A stretch of DNA of 63,895 nt, counting the filler, from Stramenopiles sp. TOSAG23-2 (taxonomy: Eukaryota): assembly GCA_900128395.1 (NCBI GenBank). It is 13 parts of 13 records of this genome, joined end to end, with 100 filler letters (N's around TTAATTAATTAA, not from the genome) between each part and the next. Parts side by side here need not be neighbours in the genome. Positions count along the whole stretch, not along the records: positions 45,307 to 51,622 come from LT650479.1; positions 51,723 to 58,036 come from LT650480.1; positions 58,137 to 59,502 come from LT653074.1; 10 more parts are not named here. One strand, written 5' to 3'. The notes beneath the pieces are model-generated. The model saw only the letters and a list, made by a program, of their open reading frames with translations. It made no database searches and had not been told where the DNA came from. A program made the position numbers and the translations under genes. The stretch's first letter is position 1, and every line of letters starts with the position of its first letter. Positions 48,300 to 59,102 of the stretch are shown piece after piece.

Positions 48300-49679
48300 A
48301 TGTTGAACCGAATTCACTTTAACAACAACTATTTGAAGCTAAAGACTGACTCCTACAAGGTTATAGAAGATTATAATGTGAAAGCTCGTAAGTCATATAC
48401 ATATCCGGTGTTTTTACCAATAAAAGTCGAACGTCCCGAACTGGCTTGTAATATGCGTATAGTGTATATGGATAAGAAACACGTGGATTATTTAGATGTG
48501 GTCCATACGATGGCATACCTTGAAACTAATGTCGTGGGAAAGAATGTATTGACGCTAGAAAGACAGTTTGGACGTTTTGGATGGAAAATTTATGAAAATG
48601 ACAAACATGTAATGGTTCATATCGACAAGAATCTTCTTCGATTAATTCAGTATGGTTTTGGATGTAAGATTGCATGTTATGAAAAAACTCGTAAACATAT
48701 ATACAATATACCACAATATGCATTTATTGTACGTGCATGGATGGATACTGATAGGCGTATATTTAAGCATGCATTGCATAGTCTTTCAAATTTACTTATA
48801 CGTAAGGTAACTTATGCAGCGGATGAATTTTTAGATATTATCCGTGAATTACCAAATTTAATGGAAAAATTTGGGAATCGTTGGGAAAATGCCATGGTAA
48901 AGCATTACATTGACGACAACAATCCATTTCTATTGTCCTTATTGTGTTTCTTATGTCCAGGTGCCAATTTAGATAACTTATATATAACGGAAGAAGGTAT
49001 GAACATTTTGTCCTCTCCATGGGCACCATCTGATATAAAAGATTTTTATGCTGAAAAGGAACAGCATAAGTGTAAGAATGGAACATACAAGTTAGTGTCC
49101 AACAACTGTGGCAACATGTGGAAACCATTGTATCAATATATGTTGTCTAATTCATGTAGTGCGGAACAATCGTTTAAGTTGTTCCTGTCTGTAAAAAGAA
49201 CTAAAAATACATTGAAGACAATTGGTAAAAAGCGTGAATTTGTCTCTACGAAGCGAACTGATTTAAAAACGAAGGAAATAACGAAGCAGGTATACAACGG
49301 TGGGTATTTTACACATCAGGGGAAACAGATGATAAAGACGAACATGTTGCATCTAGCAAAATTAATTGTATTGTGTGAAATGCGTAAAAATTATCGAAGT
49401 CATCGATGGCAGGGATTTGGGTATACGCCTGAAGAATACACCAATATGGCTGGTAATGATAATTTATTGCCTTTTGTAGAAGATTTGTTGCGTACAAGGA
49501 CCAAAATAGAACCGTTGGTGCAGCTGCCTAAGGGAATAAAGACATGTGAAGGAAAGTGTGATATTATTGTATCATCTTCTTTTCCGGTATTGAAGTTTTC
49601 AAAGAAATATGGGGAAGAATTGAAAAGTAGAATTGGTGGAAATAAATACAATTATTTTGGAACTTCAGTTGTAGTATAA
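48300..49679 (+). CDS. Hypothetical virus-like protein (459 aa)
   Basis: Intact ATG ORF preceded by TATATAAA at about 48252. No low-complexity tracts. Convergent with the next gene across 34 bp. No family recognised. Confidence 0.7.
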   Translation: MLNRIHFNNNYLKLKTDSYKVIEDYNVKARKSYTYPVFLPIKVERPELACNMRIVYMDKKHVDYLDVVHTMAYLETNVVGKNVLTLERQFGRFGWKIYENDKHVMVHIDKNLLRLIQYGFGCKIACYEKTRKHIYNIPQYAFIVRAWMDTDRRIFKHALHSLSNLLIRKVTYAADEFLDIIRELPNLMEKFGNRWENAMVKHYIDDNNPFLLSLLCFLCPGANLDNLYITEEGMNILSSPWAPSDIKDFYAEKEQHKCKNGTYKLVSNNCGNMWKPLYQYMLSNSCSAEQSFKLFLSVKRTKNTLKTIGKKREFVSTKRTDLKTKEITKQVYNGGYFTHQGKQMIKTNMLHLAKLIVLCEMRKNYRSHRWQGFGYTPEEYTNMAGNDNLLPFVEDLLRTRTKIEPLVQLPKGIKTCEGKCDIIVSSSFPVLKFSKKYGEELKSRIGGNKYNYFGTSVVV

Positions 49680-49713
49680 TTAGTTTAAATATTTTTTAAT
49701 AGGTAATAATCGC

Positions 49714-50148
49714 TTACGCTTCTTCTAATTTATCACCAGATTGAATGGCTGGGTATTTGTATTGTACGAAGAATTCGCACATAACCTTGTAATTTCCTTC
49801 TGGTACATTGTTTGCTTGAAAACGAGCAGACAAATTATCAAACGAGGTGTATGGAATTTGCATGATAACTTGTTCATACAATTGTTTGATAACTGAATTT
49901 ACCACGTTTTTGGATACTTTCACGTATTGGTTTTCACGTTTGACCTCTGCCTCTGCATTGATCCCGAGTAGCTCCCAATTTTTCTGGATAATGGACAAAA
50001 TTATATGGTTAGCCTCTACATACATATAGTCTTTTCCCTTAAATGGAACAATGCCATCCCACAATTTGTCTAGTGTATAACCACCATATTGTTCGATAAA
50101 TCGATTATTAAGGAGGTTTTCTGGGCTGTAAATTTTGGTGTCAGGTCT
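49714..50148 (-). CDS. Virus-like protein lacking its N-terminus
   Basis: The frame is open from 50148 (RPDTKIYSPENLLNNRFIEQYGGYTLDKLWDGIVPF...) without an upstream ATG and overlaps the portal-like stop codon. Confidence 0.55.
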   Translation of the reverse strand, partial: RPDTKIYSPENLLNNRFIEQYGGYTLDKLWDGIVPFKGKDYMYVEANHIILSIIQKNWELLGINAEAEVKRENQYVKVSKNVVNSVIKQLYEQVIMQIPYTSFDNLSARFQANNVPEGNYKVMCEFFVQYKYPAIQSGDKLEEA

Positions 50149-51520
50149 TTAATTCAAATATCTCTGCAGCTCCATCAATCTGTTTACTATGATTACCATC
50201 GTGCAAAACTACCATTATTCGTTTTAATTCTTTATTAAAATCCCCACTATCCATTCTTTCTTCTATGGCTTCCTTTAATTGTTCATTTGTATCATTTTCC
50301 TCATCATATTGAAACGCGTCACCTACATCCCATTCACCTCTTCGAATCAGTCTGTCAATTCTTCTTTTAAGTTTTTCAGCTATCCTGAGTAATGCTGGTG
50401 CACGTACTTCTATTGGCGGTTTTTCAAATAATAATTCGTCAATTTTAGGTGCTTTTGGTTGTAAATCTTCTATTGGAAGTGAGATATTTCGTAAAGCATA
50501 TTCCCCGTAACTTTTCCATGAAATAACACCCTGCTCATACAATTTTCTCAGTTCATCGTTCGACACAAATGGAGTCACGGGAAAATAGACATTCACTTTA
50601 TACTTCCTTTTCAAATCATCTACGCAATCGTTGGCTTTAATTTTAATATCTTTCATAATATTCTCCGCATTAATAGAATTGTAACATTCAGACAATACAA
50701 CCGATAATTTCTTTTTCCACCATAATAAAGTATGCATGAAGGATGCATGTGAGCCTACCGTATCATTAGAACGATTACCTGGTCCATCGCTAAACATCAA
50801 GGATCGAGGTACACCAAATGTAGCACACACTTCTTCTTGTAATAACTTATGGATATTTACCAAATCGTTTCTCCCAGTATTGAAAGCTCCATTTTTAATA
50901 ATATGACCCATCGGCATTTGTGTCACATTTTCCAATGCAGCAGATGCTTTTGCAGCATGATTGGCACCCAAATAACTTTCATATAAATCTTTTTGTTGGG
51001 TTAACATGGCTATAGCAGATTTGTTTCGTTGAAATTTCATATCATCCGATGTTTCTGCTGCATTGGCATCCGCATAAAAGTCAAAATCAATGCCTTCTCG
51101 ATTTTGTTGACCATTCCCGCTGTCTTTTATTTCAGAGAAATATTGAGGGTTGGACCTATCTATTTCCATTCGAATAGAGGTTTGGCGGATCAATTTCATA
51201 TATTGTAGTTTAGGCAATGCCTTTTCTACCAATGAATCAATGACGCCATTGTGTGGAGGAAACCCAAAATGATTAAAAATCACCACATTCCTTAATTCCT
51301 TTTCGGCAGCACCTTTTTCATAAGCCATAAATTCATATTCATTTCTTTTGGTTATTTTAATTTTCAACCAATAGGTACCGTTTTTCATAACAGTTGGAAA
51401 GCATTTATTAAGTGATACTACGGCGAACCCAGAAATCATGACAGAATCAATGACGTCGGCACAAAAAGGAACCCATCTATCCTCTACATCATCTTCTTCC
51501 TCTGGTTTCATCTTGTACAT
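50141..51520 (-). CDS. Putative HK97-type (Duplodnaviria) portal protein, probably N-terminally incomplete
   Basis: EEVCATFGVPRSLM resembles the portal IxxxFGVPxxLL motif. FCADVIDSVMISGFAVV resembles the portal F..L....L..GxAxV block. LYEQGVIS resembles the crown L...Gxx(T/S) motif. All three are in the expected order and spacing. Confidence 0.55.
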   Translation of the reverse strand: MYKMKPEEEDDVEDRWVPFCADVIDSVMISGFAVVSLNKCFPTVMKNGTYWLKIKITKRNEYEFMAYEKGAAEKELRNVVIFNHFGFPPHNGVIDSLVEKALPKLQYMKLIRQTSIRMEIDRSNPQYFSEIKDSGNGQQNREGIDFDFYADANAAETSDDMKFQRNKSAIAMLTQQKDLYESYLGANHAAKASAALENVTQMPMGHIIKNGAFNTGRNDLVNIHKLLQEEVCATFGVPRSLMFSDGPGNRSNDTVGSHASFMHTLLWWKKKLSVVLSECYNSINAENIMKDIKIKANDCVDDLKRKYKVNVYFPVTPFVSNDELRKLYEQGVISWKSYGEYALRNISLPIEDLQPKAPKIDELLFEKPPIEVRAPALLRIAEKLKRRIDRLIRRGEWDVGDAFQYDEENDTNEQLKEAIEERMDSGDFNKELKRIMVVLHDGNHSKQIDGAAEIFELKT

Positions 51521-51747
51521 TTTACTGTCTCCCTGTGAAAATTTAATACCATTGTTAAGCAGTTGGTGAAAATTTTTGCTAAAGACATTTTTGGCAAGAA
51601 AACTTCATTCAAATGACTACGTNNNNNNNNNNNNNNNNNNNNNNNNNNNNNNNNNNNNNNNNNNNNTTAATTAATTAANNNNNNNNNNNNNNNNNNNNNN
51701 NNNNNNNNNNNNNNNNNNNNNNCTCTCTCTTTACCTTCTTCTTCCGC

Positions 51748-53166
51748 TTACTTTCGCATTCCTCTACCTTCAATACTCATTTTAACAGCACGACGTGGTA
51801 CCTTTGCACTTGCATCTTTTCGTCGTTTTAATAATTTTTTACTAATATTTGCTTTTAATTCAGCATTACGTTTTTTTGTTTGATCGCCTTCAATATCTTC
51901 CGTATCATCATGAACACGTTTTGATTTAACATTGGCTTGATAACCAAATGGTAATTGTTGTGGTATAGTACTACGTCTACGTCCAGGAATCAATTCTTCC
52001 AATTCGTCCTCATTCAACTCATCACTTTGATTCAATTTATTCAATGCATCGCCTGCTGTCGTACCAGTTTGTCGCAAGAGGCTGTCATCTTCTTCATTTG
52101 CATTACCAGTTGCTGCAGCCATAAATTGTGGTGGTACAACTTTATGTCTTCTTATGTATTGCTTATTCATAGCTTTCAAATCAGCAAAATTATCTGTCTT
52201 TTTGAATACTGAACGCATCCATTTTTCTTTGATGATAATAGCACGTTTTTTATTGTTTGACGTCTCTGATTCAATTTCACAATACATGGATATTGTTTTC
52301 CCTATTCCTTGACTGTCTTTCAAATCATCTTTAAAATTATTATTCCTATTTAATACTGCTTTATTTGTTAATGGCCATAATAATTTCAATATCGCCGTAC
52401 GTACAGTTACGTTTGGCAAACTGTAATCATGATATGGCAACAACCATTGGTTTAAAACATGTAATACATTTTTTTTAAGAAATGTTTCAAATAATTTCTT
52501 TTTACGCAATTGTTTAACAACTGCTTTTAACATTGTCAATTTAAATATGGCTTGCTCATTGTTTTGAACCGCTTCGTAATCCTTTTGCGCTGCCATGATC
52601 ATTCTTGACATAAATTTATCAACATCATTTTCGATTTCTTGTTGTGTTTTTTCAGTTTTATAGGTTGGTTTTCGATTTTTCATAATTGCTGCTTCGACTG
52701 CATCACGTGGAATTCTTTTCTTTTTTTTCCGTTTGTAATTATCAGGCCTGCGATCACCAAAATCTTGCTCACCTTTATATGAATTGACCAAAGCTTGGTC
52801 ATCATCCTCTAAATCAAGAAAGTCTCTATCATCTTGTGTTTCTTTGACTTCATCACCACTATCGTATTCATCTCCGCTATCCATATTATTTTGTTTATTT
52901 CTTTGTAAACCACCACTACCACCTCCACTTGTTGTTTTATTAATTTTTGCTGTTGGCTTTTTTCTTTGAACTGGTCGTTTTTGTTTTTTTCTCGGTGGTT
53001 TGGATACTTCCTCATCAGAGCTAGAATCAGAATCAGATGAACTGGATGAATCATCATCACTATCACCACCACCTAAACCTGCAAATAAGTCATCTTCTCC
53101 ACTTGCATCATCACTATCCGAATCAGAATCACCAAATATATCAGTAATTGCTTTTGTATTTGCCAT
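51748..53166 (-). CDS. IWS1: Transcription elongation factor IWS1/Spn1
   Basis: Acidic N-terminus, then AAQKD...AIFKLTML, WLLPYHDYSLPNVTVR, GIGK and the C-terminal AVKMSIEGR. Confidence 0.9.
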   Translation of the reverse strand: MANTKAITDIFGDSDSDSDDASGEDDLFAGLGGGDSDDDSSSSSDSDSSSDEEVSKPPRKKQKRPVQRKKPTAKINKTTSGGGSGGLQRNKQNNMDSGDEYDSGDEVKETQDDRDFLDLEDDDQALVNSYKGEQDFGDRRPDNYKRKKKKRIPRDAVEAAIMKNRKPTYKTEKTQQEIENDVDKFMSRMIMAAQKDYEAVQNNEQAIFKLTMLKAVVKQLRKKKLFETFLKKNVLHVLNQWLLPYHDYSLPNVTVRTAILKLLWPLTNKAVLNRNNNFKDDLKDSQGIGKTISMYCEIESETSNNKKRAIIIKEKWMRSVFKKTDNFADLKAMNKQYIRRHKVVPPQFMAAATGNANEEDDSLLRQTGTTAGDALNKLNQSDELNEDELEELIPGRRRSTIPQQLPFGYQANVKSKRVHDDTEDIEGDQTKKRNAELKANISKKLLKRRKDASAKVPRRAVKMSIEGRGMRK

Positions 53167-53972
53167 GATTTATATATGTTTGTATATTAATGTATTTATT
53201 ATCACTATTTATTGTGTCGTCATTGACGTGTTTTTGCTTTATTTTGTCTGTATTATCATATATATCTATGTATATGTATGTATACGTATACGTTTATTTG
53301 TTGCTGATATTCATACATTTTTTTTCTATGATTACTCTGAATATTCATTCATTCATTCAATTCTTCTTGATTTAGATTTATTTAGATGACCACCACACAC
53401 ATCAATTATTTTTTATAATTTATTTCGTACTTGATAGAATATATTAAATTTGATAGGTGCCACGAGCTATAAGTGTAAAGTGTGTGTAAACTTATTTACT
53501 AAACCAGCTATAACATTAACGTGAACACACCATTATAGATTTTAATAAAGACACAACACCAATAAACAGATTTTAAGATATGCACTACCGTGCTACCATG
53601 TATTTTATTTGTTTCTGGCACTCTACTAATGGATATGTACCTGATATACAATATATATGTATAAAAATTAATAGTTAGTGATAAATGGATGAATAAATCA
53701 GATATATATATATATAATAGTAGAATTGACAAGGTATACGAATATTGCAACACCCTTTTCATCATCCCTTCCTTCTCTTTACTACAACTTCTGTTTTTAT
53801 ACTCCGCGTATAGGCGAAACGCTATATATACATAGTTTACAAAATATATATAACACGAACATGAGGTCAACTGATATGAAGATGGACACTATGCCGCTGA
53901 AAAAAAGGAAATTTAGTCATAATATTGCTAATATTGCTCTTGTGACTAATGGTAATCTTAACATAATACATA

Positions 53973-54370
53973 NNNNNNNNNNNNNNNNNNNNNNNNNNNN
54001 NNNNNNNNNNNNNNNNNNNNNNNNNNNNNNNNNNNNNNNNNNNNNNNNNNNNNNNNNNNNNNNNNNNNNNNNNNNNNNNNNNNNNNNNNNNNNNNNNNNN
54101 NNNNNNNNNNNNNNNNNNNNNNNNNNNNNNNNNNNNNNNNNNNNNNNNNNNNNNNNNNNNNNNNNNNNNNNNNNNNNNNNNNNNNNNNNNNNNNNNNNNN
54201 NNNNNNNNNNNNNNNNNNNNNNNNNNNNNNNNNNNNNNNNNNNNNNNNNNNNNNNNNNNNNNNNNNNNNNNNNNNNNNNNNNNNNNNNNNNNNNNNNNNN
54301 NNNNNNNNNNNNNNNNNNNNNNNNNNNNNNNNNNNNNNNNNNNNNNNNNNNNNNNNNNNNNNNNNNNNNN
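53973..54370. other. Internal scaffold gap (398 N)
   Basis: N run without the TTAA linker. It probably lies inside the 5' part of the MPND-like gene (candidate start MRSTDMK at 53861). Confidence 0.9.
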
Positions 54371-54374
54371 CAAC

Positions 54375-57300
54375 ATGCCCAATACAACATCGAAACTCAA
54401 CGAGGTGAAAACTACCACTGAAATAGATAATAATATTATCAAGAATGTTATTACAGCAACTAGTCAAACGTCCAATGGAAGTAATATCACTAATGCTGGG
54501 AATACAAATGATGCAAATAGTATAAATGCAACTAATGGCAATAAGGGGAATAATAGCAACAAGATCATTAATAATCAGAATAAGAAGAGTACTAAAAGAT
54601 CTTCCAAAGCGAAGAGTAAATGTACCAGGGTTTCTATCGAAGACCATTTAAAAAACCCTCCCTGGCCTTTTTCTGACTTGGATGCTATTTCAACGGTACC
54701 GTTGTCAGTCCGTGTTATGTCAGAAGTACCGTTATCAGTTCAGGATGTACTTCGTGGAATTCCAAAGACATACAATATGTATAGTACATACATTAGGTTA
54801 AAAACTTTCAGGATGAGAAGTATTAAAAAACGGAAAGGAAATGGAGATATCGATACACGCAATGTTAAAAGAAAATCATCTCGTGGATTGTCTAATAATG
54901 ATAATAGTCCGCCAGATATAAGTTTGATTTCAACGTTATCTAAAAATAGTAAGAAAAGTAATATCGTTAAAAGCAAAGTGAAAGAAAAAGAAACAGAACT
55001 GCCAATTAAAGTGAAAGAAAAAAAAATGGAACTGCCAATTAAAGTGAAAGAAAAAAAAATGGAACTGCCAATGAAAGTGAAAGAAAAAAAAATGGAACTG
55101 CCAATCGTGGTACAAGATAAATATACGAAGGATGAATATAAACATATTTTAAAACAATTATTGGAGAAAAATATTATAGAACCTGGTGATGGCGTTTTGT
55201 CATTTAAATTTGAAGACAAAATTATAAGCTGCGCACTTCTAAATGACGGTTTGTTATGGTTTATGGATGAAATGTTTAATACAATACCAGAATGGATGGA
55301 CTACGTCACAGAGCCAATTAAGTTAATATATAAAAACGATGCAAACCGTCTAAAGAGAGTATTTTTTAAAGATCATAGTTTACACGCTTGGTTGCAATAT
55401 AGCGAAGCTTTATCTACAGTAAATAGTTCACGCAAACGGCAAAAGTTAACACCTTTAACATATGATTTACAAAACAGACATTTTAAAGACACTGAAGTGT
55501 CCGAAGACATGGAAGAACAAGCGCTTGGTGTTGTTTCCAATAATAATTCCCCAGTACAAAAGACAACAATATTAAAGTTAAAATTGAAGAATAATGATAA
55601 TATAAATATAGATGGAAGTGTAATAAAGGTGAAACGTGGACGTGGTAGACCAAGGAAGATACCACTTGATCCCACTGTTGCGAAGATTAGACGTGGTAGA
55701 CCAAGGAAGATACCACTTGATCCCACTGTTGCGAAGATTGGACGTGGTAGACCAAGGAAGATACCACTTGATCCCACTGTTGCGAAGATGAAAGCAAGTA
55801 AATCGAAGAAAACGAAAAAATCAAGAAAAGATGTAGAAATAGTGGATGAAAAGGCAGATGGAGATAAGGGGGGAGAAGAGGAGGGAGAAGAAGAAGAAGA
55901 AGAAGAAGTTGCAGAGGAAATGGTTGCCATATTGTCCCCATATTGGAGGCAAACCCTTGCTAAAACAACAGAAAATGAGAAAAACTATTTGCAAATCAAT
56001 ATTGATGCAAAATTGAATGTCATGAACAAAATATCGACTGCTGCATCAGTCAACTTTAACACCATAGAAGTGGTGGGAACTGCAGAAGCAAACAAAACAA
56101 ATGTTTTCATTAATAGAAATGAATATGAAACGATGAAATCATTTAATTTGGTGGTTGATGCTGTATGTAACGGTGATGAAACTGAGCATAGTGCAAATAA
56201 TACAATATTAAAAAATGGATATCATTTTCTTTCAAATAACATTTTACCAGAGAAAATGAAACCAGATAAGTTAGAGAAGATGACAAAAACTCTCTCGACT
56301 CCAGATATTGACTCTTTGATCATGATCCCATGCCAAAACTACGACGGAAACAACAATAATAAAAGTTGGAAACGAAGAATCACAGCGTCTTCTTCAACTC
56401 GTCAATCAAGGACATCTGTGAACACGTCGATATTGTCGGAAAAGCAACCTTTCCAGGTTGTCATTTTGCCTGAGGCATTATTTTTAGGCGATATTCACGC
56501 GCATTTATGCACGGATGAAATTATTGGTTTACTTGGTGGTCGTTGGGATGCGGAGAAGAAAATTTTGGTTGTTGAAAATGTATTTCCATGCCGCGAATTG
56601 AAGTTGCCGCCACCATATGATCAAAGCGTTTCCGTCGAAATGGACCCTAGTAGTGCTAGCGAAGCAACCAATACCATACAGCAGTGTGGTATGACCGTCG
56701 TAGGCTGGTACCATTCGCATCCACTTTTCCAACCATCTCCATCTATATGCGACATCAATAACCAAACAAACTATCAAAACATGTTCAAAAACAATGATTT
56801 GGACAACACAGATGTTGTGCCGCCCTACATCGGGCTAATATTTACCCCATATGATGCATATAGTTCAAGAAATCGCGAAAGTCGATTTAATATCTTTCAC
56901 ACAAGGCAGGTAAATGTAAATGTAGACCGTAGAACAACTAGGCAAATAGATATTCCTATGAGATTGACAGCAACCCCATTACAATACGTACCTGTGGGAT
57001 CGAGTGTAAAATCTAACGGTATCAATTGGGAAAGAACATTTTCTAAGATACATAGTGATAATAATAATAATAATACCATGGCTGTTGATGCACCTCCAAA
57101 GGAAGAGAATATTATTAATGATATTATCAATTCGGTAATTGTCCAAGTTGAAATTGACTATGCTAGGAATGAGCTATTGTCAATGTCAAACTTTGTTCCC
57201 GATAATACAGTTGCAACGAATTGTACGGATCAAGCTAAAAGTACTTTCAATGAAACACAAAACGATAATAACGTCTTGAATAAAAGCGACAGCAATACTA

Positions 57301-58036
57301 ACAACGAAGATAAAAATAAGAATCCAATAGAACCAAATGAAACCTCACCAAGTGAATCAACAATTGAATCTACAACCACTACTACTGCTACTGCTGATAA
57401 CGCTATTTTGGCAAATTCCTCGAGCGAAAAAGTCACATTGAATGATAATATAAAACTTGCTGTGCAAAAATTTACAGACAAATATGGCTGTTGCATTGAA
57501 TCATTGGTTTATCAAATTGTACACTTAGTTTTATATTACAAAAAACATAAGAAGAAAACGAAATTTGGCAACAAATTGCTTGTTGGTACCCATAAAAATT
57601 ACCACAAGAAGGATAAATTGTTAGGAAGTTTATTAGGCCATAGTAAGCGCTTACAAATAAAGGGTGACGAATTAAAGAATGCATTTGCAAATGATGTTGT
57701 CAATTATGTAGTGGATCAAATGAAAAAAGAGAAAACAGTTCCTAAGATAACAAAAAAGAAACAGCAAAAAGTTGCTACGGCCCAGAAAATGAAAGAACAA
57801 ACAACACCAACCACTTTTACGACAACATCGACTATTATTACAACAACATCAACTACTGATACAACAGCATCAACTACTGCTACTACAACGATTATCAAGA
57901 AGAAGCATGAGAAAGGAAAGAGATCATCGACTATGAGTAAGTCTAGTGATTGGGACGATTATGATAAACATATAGTTCAATTTCTTAATTATTGTTATGG
58001 GAAAGATTGGTATGAAAGAAGATTATACGGAGTACG
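54375..58036 (+). CDS. MPND: MPND-like protein: RAMA domain, three AT-hooks and a JAMM/MPN+ domain; partial
   Basis: LLEKNIIEPGDGVLSF...LLNDG is RAMA-like. RGRPRK occurs three times. The JAMM motif is DEIIGLLGG...VGWYHSHP.FQPSPS.CD. The ORF runs into the linker. Confidence 0.85.
54975..55106 (+). repeat. 33-bp coding tandem repeat x4 (KVKEKKMELPI)
   Basis: Four near-identical units. Confidence 0.92.
55638..55790 (+). repeat. 51-bp coding tandem repeat x3, each encoding an AT-hook
   Basis: (G/R)RGRPRKIPLDPTVAK(I/M) three times, near-identical at the DNA level. Confidence 0.93.
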
Positions 58037-58136
58037 NNNNNNNNNNNNNNNNNNNNNNNNNNNNNNNNNNNNNNNNNNNNTTAATTAATTAANNNNNNNN
58101 NNNNNNNNNNNNNNNNNNNNNNNNNNNNNNNNNNNN

Positions 58137-59102
58137 TTTTAATTTCCCAATCGATTCCGGTAATAAAGGTCCAAATTTATTATTACCAATATCCAGTGTT
58201 CTTAATTGTCTTAAACGACCTATTTTCTTAGGGATGTCACCAGCAAATTCATTCTTCGCAAGCCAAAGCCTTTGTAAATTAGTCAATTTACAAATTTCTC
58301 GAGGTATAATGCCCATAAACATGTTATCATCTAAATATAAGGAACGTAATTTTGTCATGTTTCCAATATCTGGAATTAGCTCCCCATTAAAATTATTGCC
58401 ACTCACACAAATAGCTTCCAATGACGGTGCTAATGCATTGCATACTTCAGCTGTAAATAATGATCCAGCAATAGTATTGTATGATAAATTTAATGTTCCC
58501 AATTTTTTCATTTTACAAAGATTATCTAAGACCAATGCTCCGCTGAAATTATTTTCAGATAAATCTAATGAAACTAAATTTGTTAATGATAAACATACAT
58601 TAACGGGACCTTCAATATTATTTTGTTTTACATTGAATACTTTTAAATTTTTCAATTTATGTAAGTTATCAGGAAGCGTTCCGGTTAATTTATTACACAT
58701 AATTTTCAATATTCGATTATTTTCATTGATAATTGATCTCAAAGCTGTTGCTTGGACTACAATGACATAATAAATCCATGTATAAGCGTACAAAGTAATA
58801 TTACCTTTAATATCTATTAACCATATTAAACAGATTGGTAAAGCTGTTGCTTGGACTACAATGACATAATAAATCCATGTATAAGCGTACAAAGTAATAT
58901 TACCTTTAATATCTATTAACCATATTAAACAGATTGGTAATATTAGGAAAAACAAAGCACGAAACAGAAGACTAACTTTCCACCAATATTGATGATATTT
59001 TGACTCTATTTTTTTTTCCTTTTCCTCAATTTTATTGTTTGATTGTATGTAAAGTGGATTTAACGTCGCATTGGATGTATCCTTTTCAAACTTATAATCC
59101 AT
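58137..59102 (-). CDS. LRR protein (plant-type LxGxIP repeats) with N-terminal TM segments; 3'-truncated
   Basis: NKLTGTLP, NNFSGAL, NNFNGELIP and NEFAGDIP repeats. Confidence 0.85.
58741..58940. repeat. Exact 99-bp tandem duplication in frame within the LRR gene
   Basis: LPICLIWLIDIKGNITLYAYTWIYYVIVVQATA is encoded twice by identical DNA. Confidence 0.92.

Larger units (their letters stand above)
48092..51622. mobile_element. Candidate endogenous viral element (Duplodnaviria, mirusvirus-like)
   Basis: Three tightly packed ORFs without host-type homopolymer tracts, one of them portal-like, on the same contig as host-like genes. The left boundary is inferred. Confidence 0.55.

Noticed and set aside
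53726-54647. Several long ORFs crossing the N gap
   Set aside because: They are translation artefacts of undetermined bases.
54975-55790. CRISPR-like appearance of the 33-bp and 51-bp repeats
   Set aside because: There are no spacers; they are in-frame coding repeats in a eukaryotic gene.
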